Shown here: positions 10,432-17,761 of the stretch, one piece after another
Numbering within the stretch: the first letter of the stretch is position 1
Layout of the letters: the number at the start of each line of letters is the position of its first letter
Source: Candidatus Cloacimonadota bacterium
Lineage (GTDB): Bacteria > Cloacimonadota > Cloacimonadia > G963667145
Length of the DNA: 64,000 nucleotides
Reading direction: 5' to 3'
Assembly (NCBI GenBank): GCA_963676615.1
Contig: OY781092.1
Span: 129,413 to 193,412, forward strand
Made by a program: the position numbers and the translations under genes
The notes under the pieces: model-generated
What the model was told of the DNA's origin: nothing
What the model saw: only the letters and a program-made list of their open reading frames with translations
Database searches by the model: none

Positions 10432-11865
10432 TTAATTTGCCTGATTTTTGAGTGCGGCTTCTTTCCAGCTCGGCTTTCTGAAGCTAAAGATTATGAAAGG
10501 AATAGCCAGCATAACCAAAGAACTGATGGCGATGAACAGTTTGTAAGATAGTGGGCTGGCAACATCAAGCTCTGATGGCGGAATAAAACCGACGAATATG
10601 GCAAACAAAGAAATGATAATTCCCACTATCGAAATCACCCAAATGCCCCAATTTCCGCCAGGAATTTTGTAGGCTCTGGGAACTTCTGGGTGTGAATATC
10701 TTAACTTGATAGCAGCTGTAAGCATTAGAATATACATTATTACATACAAAATTGCGGTTACATTTAAGACCATAATAAAAGTCGTGTTGATGTTTGGAAC
10801 AACTGCGTATGATAGACCGACGATAGAGATTAAGGTGGCTTGAATTATAACCAAAGTGGTTGGCGTTCCGTTTTTGTTGGTTTTAGAAAAAATTGGAGGC
10901 AAGTCTCCATTTTCGGCTGTTGCCAAAAAACCTTTAACAGGTCCCAAAATCCATGTGCTTACTTGTCCTACAGCGCCAAAACTGGTAAGAGCCGCCAAAA
11001 CAGGAACCAGCCAAAGAAGGTGAAATTGCCCGAAAAACTTTTCGAACGCTTCCATAAGACCTGCTACAAGGCTAATATCTTTTGCAGGCACAACAAAAGC
11101 AACCGCCATCGCGCCGACGACATTGATGACAACCATAATTAACCCAGTCATAAAAATAACTTTGGGAAAGTTTTTTTGAGGATTGTCAACTTCGTTGGCA
11201 TGAGCTGCAGAAGCTTCAATTCCTAGAAAAATAAAGAGAATAGTGGTGAAAATGGTGACATTATGGATGTTGGAAAAATTGGGGAAAATGTTTTTAGCCG
11301 TGAGAGCGAGGTTGATTTGAATTGGGTTTCCGCTAAAAAGATAAATAATTCCCAAAATGATTATGAGCGCTCCTGGAATAAAAACTCCCACTGTTACGCA
11401 GACTGTGCTCACCATACTTGATGTTTTCATTCCGCCGAGGTTTAGCAAGGTCGCTCCCCAGTAAACAATCAGAATGACCGCAACGATGAAAGTTTTGTTG
11501 GTCGCCAAAGCGGGGTTAATGATATAGGCAAGCGAGCCCGCTATGAAGCCCATAACGGCAACCATCCCGAAAATCATCTGAATCCATTGCAACCAGATGG
11601 CGAGGAATCCAAATCTTTCGCCAAAAGCTTCTCGAACCCAAGCATACACTCCACCTTTTTCTGGCCACCCTGTGGCTAATTCTGCAGAAACCAGCGCTGT
11701 TGGAATAAGAAATGTGATTACCGCAAGCAGTGAAAAGAAAATCATAGAAAGCCCAGTTGAAGCAAGCATCGGCAGATTTCGCACACTGACGATGAAAGCC
11801 GCAGTGACCATCGTGATCTTGAAAACACTGATTTTTTGAATTGAATTTTTGATTTTTTCTGTCAT
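10432..11865 (-). CDS. tyrP: APC-family amino-acid:amine antiporter (TyrP/GadC-like)
   Basis: 477 aa, about 12 TM helices. The SAELATGWPEKGGVYAWVREAFGERFGF motif resembles GadC/TyrP-type exchangers. Lies immediately upstream of, and in the same direction as, the decarboxylase. Confidence 0.65.
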   Translation of the reverse strand: MTEKIKNSIQKISVFKITMVTAAFIVSVRNLPMLASTGLSMIFFSLLAVITFLIPTALVSAELATGWPEKGGVYAWVREAFGERFGFLAIWLQWIQMIFGMVAVMGFIAGSLAYIINPALATNKTFIVAVILIVYWGATLLNLGGMKTSSMVSTVCVTVGVFIPGALIIILGIIYLFSGNPIQINLALTAKNIFPNFSNIHNVTIFTTILFIFLGIEASAAHANEVDNPQKNFPKVIFMTGLIMVVINVVGAMAVAFVVPAKDISLVAGLMEAFEKFFGQFHLLWLVPVLAALTSFGAVGQVSTWILGPVKGFLATAENGDLPPIFSKTNKNGTPTTLVIIQATLISIVGLSYAVVPNINTTFIMVLNVTAILYVIMYILMLTAAIKLRYSHPEVPRAYKIPGGNWGIWVISIVGIIISLFAIFVGFIPPSELDVASPLSYKLFIAISSLVMLAIPFIIFSFRKPSWKEAALKNQAN

Positions 11866-12000
11866 TTTTTCTCCTTTTATTATGTAGAAGTCCTTAACTA
11901 CATCCTCTTCGCATATGGATTTTTTTAGCTTTTAGTCAAGCTTCTTTTCTATCTATTTTTGTAGCAAAAAACCATTGACAAACTTTTTGCGTCTTTATTT

Positions 12001-12014
12001 TGTGCATATGCACA
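12001..12014. promoter_or_regulatory. perfect 14-bp palindrome TGTGCATATGCACA; candidate operator
   Basis: Seen directly in the 163-bp divergent intergenic region, about 20 nt upstream of the DUF134 ATG and just upstream of the AAGGAG RBS. No other perfect palindrome of this length was noticed in the neighbouring intergenic regions. Confidence 0.4.
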
Positions 12015-12034
12015 CAAGAAGCTAAGGAGTGTTT

Positions 12035-12319
12035 ATGACTAGAAGCCGTAAAATGCGGAAATGCAGGTATTTAGGAAACGACAGGGTTTTTAAGCCTTTG
12101 GGGGTGCCTCGTTGTGAGCTTGAGGAGGTTGTTGTTAGTTCCGAAGAGCTAGAGGCGCTACGGCTGTGCAATTACGAGGGCTGCAGTCAAATTCAGGCGG
12201 CAGAAAAGATGCATATTTCGCGAGGGTCGCTGCAACGCGATTTGGCTTCTGGTGCGACAAAAATTTTAGAGGCTATTTTGCACAACAAAGTGCTGGTAGT
12301 CAAGGGAGAGGACGACTGA
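12035..12319 (+). CDS. DUF134/UPF0251 family putative DNA-binding protein
   Basis: RKCRYLGNDRVFKPLGVPRCELEEVVVSSEELEALRLCNYEG matches the DUF134 signature (RKCR...FKPxGxP...LTLDELEALRL). ATG at 12035 follows AAGGAG. The track's GTG at 12029 lies inside the RBS. Confidence 0.75.
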   Translation: MTRSRKMRKCRYLGNDRVFKPLGVPRCELEEVVVSSEELEALRLCNYEGCSQIQAAEKMHISRGSLQRDLASGATKILEAILHNKVLVVKGEDD

Positions 12320-13131
12320 TGGAGCAAGATAGAGCCACGCAGATGGCGGAGCAAGACCAGAGAATTAAGGCGACTTTGAGCAAAATTAAGCACAAAGTGG
12401 TGGTGATGAGCGGAAAAGGCGGCGTTGGAAAATCGACGGTGACCAGCAATGTCGCCTATGGGCTTTCGCAAAGGGGCTATCAGGTCGGCATTTTGGACGC
12501 CGATTTGCACGGTCCGAACATCCCGGTGATGTTTGGTGGACACGGAAAACATCCGCAAGTGACGGGCAAGCCGTATCGGGTTAGCGAAAATTTGGCGATT
12601 GTCTCGCTGAGTTTTTATGCGGAAAATGTGAACGACCCAGCCGTGTGGCGAGGTCCTGCAAAGATTGGGGTGATTCGGCAGCTTTTGGCGGACATCGATT
12701 GGGGCGAGCTAGATTTTTTGCTGGTGGATTTGCCTCCCGGCACGGGCGATGAGCCGCTGACGATTGCCCAGACGATCAGCGATTGCGACGGTTGCATCAT
12801 CGTGACGACGCCGCAAGAGGTGGCTCTTGCCGACACGCGCAAATCTATCGGTTTTGCGGGGCTTTTGCAGATGAAGATTCTGGGAGTTATCGAAAATATG
12901 AGCGGTTTTGTGTGTCCGCATTGTGGCAAAACGACCGATATTTTCCAAAGCGGAGGTGGCGAAAAAACTGCCAAAGAGTATAAGCTGGATTTTTTGGGTA
13001 AAATTCCGCTGAATCCGCAAATAATGATGGGCGGCGACAATGGAACGCCGCAGATTGGGCTGAGCGACGATTCGCCGTTTTGGGCGATTGTGGATAAAGT
13101 CGAAAAAAAGATTAAAAATAAGGAGGATTGA
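12319..13131 (+). CDS. mrp: Mrp/ApbC/NBP35-family P-loop ATPase (Fe-S cluster carrier type)
   Basis: Deviant Walker A KGGVGKST. ILDADLHGPNIP and the CPHC motif (VCPHCGK) are typical of Mrp/ApbC. ATG overlaps the DUF134 stop (ATGA). The upstream in-frame extension in the track is judged not coding. Confidence 0.8.
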   Translation: MEQDRATQMAEQDQRIKATLSKIKHKVVVMSGKGGVGKSTVTSNVAYGLSQRGYQVGILDADLHGPNIPVMFGGHGKHPQVTGKPYRVSENLAIVSLSFYAENVNDPAVWRGPAKIGVIRQLLADIDWGELDFLLVDLPPGTGDEPLTIAQTISDCDGCIIVTTPQEVALADTRKSIGFAGLLQMKILGVIENMSGFVCPHCGKTTDIFQSGGGEKTAKEYKLDFLGKIPLNPQIMMGGDNGTPQIGLSDDSPFWAIVDKVEKKIKNKED

Positions 13132-13132
13132 G

Positions 13133-13342
13133 ATGCCAGGTTTAGACGGAAAAGGTCCTAACGGACAAGGAAGTATGAGCGGAAGAGGCTTGGGCAGATG
13201 TGCAGGCGAGGAAAACCTCAACGACAGAGATTTTTTGGGAAGAGGCAGACGATTTGCTGGAAGAGGCAGAGGGCTTGGAATGGGTAGACGAAACAGATTT
13301 TTCGCTCCCAAAGCAGCAGATACGAGTGATGCCAAAGAGTAA
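13133..13342 (+). CDS. small Gly/Arg-rich protein (DUF5320-like)
   Basis: MPGLDGKGPNGQGSMSGRGLGRCAG... resembles the small MPxxDGTGPxGxGPxTGRGxGxC proteins I recall co-occurring with Mrp/NifX-like clusters in anaerobes. Strong AGGAGG RBS at 13121-13126. Confidence 0.5.
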   Translation: MPGLDGKGPNGQGSMSGRGLGRCAGEENLNDRDFLGRGRRFAGRGRGLGMGRRNRFFAPKAADTSDAKE

Positions 13343-14234
13343 GGACAAAATTTTTGAGACTCCAAAAGGGTTTCGTATCGCCATAGCCAGTGGCAAAGGT
13401 GGCACGGGCAAGACGACGCTGTCGGTGAATTTGAGTCGCTGGCTGGCGCAAAAACAGAAGGTGCGATTGGTCGATTTGGATGTCGAAGAGCCAAATTCGG
13501 GGCTTTTTTTGGCGATGTCCGCCGAGCAAAAGCGCTCTGTGAAGCGGAAAATTCCTGCTTGGGATAAAAGCAGTTGCCTTTTTTGCGGGAATTGTCAAAA
13601 AGTTTGCAATTTCAACTCGATTATTCAGACTCAGAGTTTGGTGCTGATTTTTCAGCAGCTATGTCACAGTTGCAGGGCGTGCTTCGAGCTTTGTCCTGCG
13701 GGAGCTTTGCAGCCGAGCGATTACACAGTTGGGCAGGTCAGCTTTTTTGAAGACGAAAATTTGCAGTTTATTGAAGGAAGGCTCGATGTCGGTCAGGAGC
13801 AGGCGGTGCCTGTGATTGCCGAGGTTTTGGACTATTTGGACGAAAATCCGCTTGATGAAGGGTTGACGATTATCGATTCGCCGCCTGGCGCGGCGTGTCC
13901 TGCGGTGGAGACTTTTGGTAGAGCCGATTTTGTGCTGCTGGTGGTCGAGCCGACGCCTTTTGGGCTTTATGACGGTTCGCTGGCGATAAAAGTGACGCAA
14001 GAGCTGGGCAAGCCCGTGGCGGTGGTGGTTAATAAGTGGTCGGGCGATAGCGATTTGCTGCAAGAATTTGTCGCCGAAAATTCGGTGGAAGTGATTACCA
14101 AAATTGGTGAGAGCAAAAAAATCGCCGAAAATTATTCGAACGGTCAGCTGATTTACGAGGATAATCCCGAAGTTCAACAAAATTTGCAGGAGATTTACGA
14201 CTATTTTTGCGCTAAAGTGGAGGCGCTTCGATGA
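13329..14234 (+). CDS. MinD/CooC-superfamily P-loop ATPase with an inserted 2x[4Fe-4S] ferredoxin domain
   Basis: Walker A IASGKGGTGKTT. Ferredoxin motifs CLFCGNCQKVC and CHSCRACFELCP. Start at the ATG in ...RVMPKSK. The upstream ORF extension overlaps the previous gene and lacks domain content. Confidence 0.7.
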   Translation: MPKSKDKIFETPKGFRIAIASGKGGTGKTTLSVNLSRWLAQKQKVRLVDLDVEEPNSGLFLAMSAEQKRSVKRKIPAWDKSSCLFCGNCQKVCNFNSIIQTQSLVLIFQQLCHSCRACFELCPAGALQPSDYTVGQVSFFEDENLQFIEGRLDVGQEQAVPVIAEVLDYLDENPLDEGLTIIDSPPGAACPAVETFGRADFVLLVVEPTPFGLYDGSLAIKVTQELGKPVAVVVNKWSGDSDLLQEFVAENSVEVITKIGESKKIAENYSNGQLIYEDNPEVQQNLQEIYDYFCAKVEALR

Positions 14235-15106
14235 AAGATTTGCGAGAATTTGTGGTGATTTCTGGCAAAGGCGGAACGGGCAAAACGACTGTCAGCTCTG
14301 CTCTTGCGTTGATTGGCAAAGAAGAGCTGATTTTGGCAGATTGCGATGTTGACGCTCCAGATTTGCATTTGGTGATGAGTCCTGATGTGCGAGAAAAAGA
14401 AGATTTTTACGCTGGCGAGCTGGCGAAAATCGATGCGGCAAAATGCGTGGCTTGCGGCAAATGTCAAGAGGTCTGCGCTTTTTCGGCTGTGCAAAAAAAA
14501 GATATCGTTTTCAGGATTGAGCCGTTTTCCTGCGAGGGTTGTGGATATTGCGCGCGGATTTGCCCCGCAGAAGCGATCGAGAATTTGCCACGACTGACAG
14601 GGCAAGTGCTGATTTCGCAAATCAAGACGAAAACGACGATGGTGCACGCAAATCTGGCTGTCGGCGGCGAAAATTCGGGCAAGTTGGTGGCTGAGTTGAA
14701 AAATCGAGCCAAAAAAATTGCGGAGGAAGCTGGCAAAAAGATTGTTCTGGTGGACGGATCGCCTGGAATTGGCTGTCCAGTGGTTTCCAGTTTGTCGGGC
14801 GCGAGCATTGTTTTACTGGTGGTTGAGCCGAGCGTTTCGGGTTTGCACGATCTGAAAAGGGTGCTGGAGCTGGTGAAAAAGTTCCACATTCAAGCGGCGG
14901 CGATTATCAACAAAGCGGATATTAACTTGCAAATAACCCAAAAAATCGAAAATTTTTTGGCTGAGCAAGGCGTGCAGGTTTTGGCGCAACTTCCTTACGA
15001 CAAAGCTTTTTCTAGAGCGATAATTGGCGGCAAGTCGATTGTGGAGTGCGACGATGAGTATCGCAAAATTTTTGCGGAAATTTACAAAAAATTAAAAGAG
15101 ATATAG
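14231..15106 (+). CDS. MinD/CooC-superfamily P-loop ATPase with an inserted 2x[4Fe-4S] ferredoxin domain (paralogue)
   Basis: Walker A ISGKGGTGKTT. CVACGKCQEVC and CEGCGYCARICP. 4-nt overlap with the preceding gene. Confidence 0.75.
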   Translation: MKDLREFVVISGKGGTGKTTVSSALALIGKEELILADCDVDAPDLHLVMSPDVREKEDFYAGELAKIDAAKCVACGKCQEVCAFSAVQKKDIVFRIEPFSCEGCGYCARICPAEAIENLPRLTGQVLISQIKTKTTMVHANLAVGGENSGKLVAELKNRAKKIAEEAGKKIVLVDGSPGIGCPVVSSLSGASIVLLVVEPSVSGLHDLKRVLELVKKFHIQAAAIINKADINLQITQKIENFLAEQGVQVLAQLPYDKAFSRAIIGGKSIVECDDEYRKIFAEIYKKLKEI

Positions 15107-15114
15107 GAGAAAAA

Positions 15115-15450
15115 ATGAAATTTGCAATAACATCTAAAGGGCAAAGTTTGAGCGATTCTGTCGATCCTCGATTTGGGCGGACGGACTTTTTGCTGATTTG
15201 CGAAGACGAGAAAGTTTTGGAGGCGATAGACAATTCAGCGAGCAAAGATCAGGCGCACGGTGTTGGTCCTGTAACGGCTTCCAAGCTAGAGGGCAAAGGC
15301 GTCGAAGTGGTCATCACGGGCAACGGACCTGGCGGAAATGCCAAGAGGGTGCTGGACGAATTGGGCATCAAAATGTATGTTGGCGCCGCTGGAATGAACG
15401 GCCAAGAGGCTATCGCCGCCTACAAAAACGGCGAATTGAAGCTGTTTTAG
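15115..15450 (+). CDS. NifX/NifB-type dinitrogenase FeMo-cofactor-binding-domain protein
   Basis: 111 aa. MKFAITSKG...FGRTDFLLI...VVITGNGPGGNA...LGIKMY fits the Nitro_FeMo-Co domain pattern. RBS AGGAG upstream. Confidence 0.7.
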   Translation: MKFAITSKGQSLSDSVDPRFGRTDFLLICEDEKVLEAIDNSASKDQAHGVGPVTASKLEGKGVEVVITGNGPGGNAKRVLDELGIKMYVGAAGMNGQEAIAAYKNGELKLF

Positions 15451-15465
15451 GCGAAGGAGAAAAAA

Positions 15466-15816
15466 ATGAGAATTGCGTTTCCGACGAACGATAAAATAAA
15501 TGTTGAGGAGCATTTTGGGCATTGCGCTTTTTTTGCTCTGGTCGATGTGGAGGGCGGCAAGATTGCCAAAACCGAGTTTGTGAGCTCGCCAGAGCACGCT
15601 CCGGGAGTGATGCCGAAATTTTTGGGAGAGCAAAAAGCCGATGTGATTATCACGGGCGGAATGGGCTCGATGGCGATAAATTTGTTTAATCAGCAAAATA
15701 TTCAGACCGTTTTGGGCGCCAGCGGCAGCATCGAAAATTTGGTGAGCGACTATTTGGCTGGAAACCTTGCCAGCAAAGGTTCTGCTTGCACAGATCACGC
15801 AAGAGGTTGTCACTAA
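15466..15816 (+). CDS. NifX/NifB-type dinitrogenase FeMo-cofactor-binding-domain protein (second copy)
   Basis: MRIAFPTNDKINVEEHFGHCAFFALVDV...VIITGGMGSMA...IQTV matches the same family. RBS AAGGAG upstream. Confidence 0.75.
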   Translation: MRIAFPTNDKINVEEHFGHCAFFALVDVEGGKIAKTEFVSSPEHAPGVMPKFLGEQKADVIITGGMGSMAINLFNQQNIQTVLGASGSIENLVSDYLAGNLASKGSACTDHARGCH

Positions 15817-15817
15817 A

Positions 15818-16606
15818 ATGGCGAAAAGTTTAATAAAGCCGAAGTTTAAAGCTCTTTTAATCCTTTTCCTGGGTTTTACTCTTCTGGCTTTATTTTTTTG
15901 GAAATTTGATTTACTAGGCAAAGATCGTGGAGCTCCCGTGGCGGTTTTGGGAGCTCCGCCTTGTCTTGAAAAAGCGCTGGAACAGATTTTGGCAGAGCGT
16001 TATCCAAGCGGCGACAGACCTTTTTCGGTGAACTATGCCACTCCGCCTGTGCTGGTTAAGCAGTTGCAAAACGGGCGCGATTACGGCGTGATTATCAGCG
16101 GCAATCGCAAATGGAGCGACTATCTCGCCAAAGAAGGCTACTACAGCCAGAGCGCAGTGATTTTGGGCAACGAGCTGGTGGTGATTGTGCAGAAAAGTTC
16201 GGATTTGCAGGTGAACTCTCCGCAAGATATTTTGCAGGGAAAAAAGATAGCTATGGCGGACTATTCGCACGCCCCGATGGGAAAATATGTGAAAAAATAT
16301 TTGCAAAATCACGGAATTTGGCAGGCGGCAAAGCAGAAAGCGGTGTGTGCACTGAACGATGTGGCAGCATTGAGTATGGTTGCCTCGGGCAGCGTGGATC
16401 TTGGAATCGTGGCGTATTCTGATGCGCAGGCGTCTTCGCAGGTGAAAATCGTTTACACTCTCAGAAAAAAAGTGCCTTCGATCGAGTTCGAGGCGATTGT
16501 TATCAAAGATTGTCCGCAAGAGCTAAAAGATTTTTACGATTATCTGATTTTGCCGTCAACATTGGACAAGTTTTGCGCCAGCGGGTTCAAAAATTTACGC
16601 TTGTGA
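15818..16606 (+). CDS. modA: ModA-like molybdate/tungstate periplasmic binding protein, orphan (no modBC adjacent)
   Basis: N-terminal membrane anchor/signal. YSHAPMGKYVKKYL...GSVDLGIVAYSDA resembles the ModA pattern (PxGxY...G.AD.GIVYxTDA). Start taken at the ATG in VTKMAKSL; the ORF track's upstream extension overlaps the previous gene. Confidence 0.55.
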   Translation: MAKSLIKPKFKALLILFLGFTLLALFFWKFDLLGKDRGAPVAVLGAPPCLEKALEQILAERYPSGDRPFSVNYATPPVLVKQLQNGRDYGVIISGNRKWSDYLAKEGYYSQSAVILGNELVVIVQKSSDLQVNSPQDILQGKKIAMADYSHAPMGKYVKKYLQNHGIWQAAKQKAVCALNDVAALSMVASGSVDLGIVAYSDAQASSQVKIVYTLRKKVPSIEFEAIVIKDCPQELKDFYDYLILPSTLDKFCASGFKNLRL

Positions 16607-16616
16607 GGTAGCAAAA

Positions 16617-17351
16617 GTGAAAAATTATTTACAATTGGGAATCGAGGAAGTGAAAAAACAGCTGGTGGACGAGTTGCAGTTGCAGGTGTCGATCAGCGTC
16701 AAAGGTTTGAGCGTGGAGCAGGCTATCGGCAGTCCCAAACGGCAAGATTTTCCTATTCAAAAGGGCAAAGAGATTTTGATTCAGGCGGATTTTCAGGGGT
16801 TCAAAGGTCAGGCGTTTACCACTCATCCGACCGATTTTGTCGGCAGTTTGGGCGAAGTTTTTGCGCTGGATAGCCAGAACGCTCGTGATAGAGCTTTGCT
16901 GGTGGCGACTCTCAACGCCGTGGCGAGTTATCTGGGCGCGTGCGAAAAGTGCGTGCATTGCAAAGACGAAGAGCCAGAAGAGTGCGGGCTTTGGATAGCG
17001 CAACAGTTGCAAGGCGAAAAAGGAAAAATTGCGATGATTGGGCTAAACCCTGCGATTTTGCAAAAGCTAGTCGAAGCTGGCTTGCAAGTGCGTTGTAGCG
17101 ACCTTGATCCCGACTGGATTGGCAAGCAAAAATTCGGCATCACCATCGAAGACGGCAGCAAAGTCAACGCTGAGCTTCTGCAAACAAGCGACTTTATCCT
17201 TTTCACAGGCTCGACTCTCTGCAACGACTCGTTCGACGAAATTATGGACGCCATAACAAAAAACGGCAAAGATTACGCCATCTTCGGCACTACAGCCGCA
17301 GGCGTTTGCGGGCTAATGAAGCTCAAGCGATTTTGCTATATGGGAAAGTAA
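16617..17351 (+). CDS. DUF364/DUF4213-like Rossmann-type protein with a Cys cluster (putative metal chelation)
   Basis: 244 aa. CEKCVHC...EEC cysteine cluster. Rossmann-like C-terminal half. Family assignment from memory only. Confidence 0.35.
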   Translation: MKNYLQLGIEEVKKQLVDELQLQVSISVKGLSVEQAIGSPKRQDFPIQKGKEILIQADFQGFKGQAFTTHPTDFVGSLGEVFALDSQNARDRALLVATLNAVASYLGACEKCVHCKDEEPEECGLWIAQQLQGEKGKIAMIGLNPAILQKLVEAGLQVRCSDLDPDWIGKQKFGITIEDGSKVNAELLQTSDFILFTGSTLCNDSFDEIMDAITKNGKDYAIFGTTAAGVCGLMKLKRFCYMGK

Positions 17352-17456
17352 TTGCGCTCAATAGTTTGTTCTAAAATCTAGGCGCGCAGAATAAAATCAA
17401 TCAAATCGAAAAAACAAGTTGACAGTCAAACAGCTAAAAATTTTTTGAGAAAAATT

Positions 17457-17531
17457 GCGGGAGTAGCTCAGCGGTAGAGCATCACGTTGCCAACGTGAGG
17501 GTCGCGAGTTCAAATCTCGTCTTCCGCTCCA
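17457..17531 (+). tRNA. tRNA-Gly (anticodon GCC)
   Basis: 75-nt cloverleaf. Acceptor gcgggag/cttccgc. Anticodon loop ttGCCaa. GTTCAAATC T-arm. CCA encoded. Confidence 0.85.
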
Positions 17532-17542
17532 TTTTTTTTTGT

Positions 17543-17616
17543 GGCGACATCGCCAAGTGGTAAGGCAAGGGTCTGCAAAATCCTCATCCCCAGTTCGAAT
17601 CTGGGTGTCGCCTCCA
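17543..17616 (+). tRNA. tRNA-Cys (anticodon GCA)
   Basis: 74 nt. Acceptor ggcgaca/tgtcgcc. Anticodon loop ctGCAaa. GTTCGAATC T-arm. CCA encoded. Confidence 0.85.
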
Positions 17617-17630
17617 ATTTCAAAAATCGA

Positions 17631-17718
17631 GCCGGAGTGGTGGAATTGGTAGACACAAGGGACTTAAAATCCCTCGGGCTTTTAGCCTGTACCGGTTCAA
17701 GTCCGGTCTCTGGTACCA
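17631..17718 (+). tRNA. tRNA-Leu (anticodon TAA)
   Basis: 88 nt with long variable arm. 5' end gccggagtggtggaattggtagac is typical of tRNA-Leu. Anticodon loop ctTAAaa. CCA encoded. Confidence 0.85.
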
Positions 17719-17727
17719 ATTATGACT

Positions 17728-17758
17728 AAGTCGTCTTTAACAAAAGGGCGACTTTTTT
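17728..17758 (+). terminator. hairpin plus T-run after the tRNA cluster
   Basis: aagtcgtc / ggcgactt 8-bp stem (one G-U) with an 11-nt loop, followed by tttttt. It ends only ~4 nt before the GTG start of the next gene. Confidence 0.4.
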
Positions 17759-17761
17759 AAT

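Noticed and set aside
12166-12318. Upstream in-frame extension of the Mrp ORF, and 13200..13328 extension of the first MinD-like ORF
   Set aside because: The extensions overlap the preceding genes in another frame and lack domain content. Starts placed at the ATGs that begin the conserved domains and give ATGA/short overlaps.
17510-17729. ORFs 17510..17719 (-) and 17541..17729 (+)
   Set aside because: They lie entirely on the tRNA-Gly/Cys/Leu genes.
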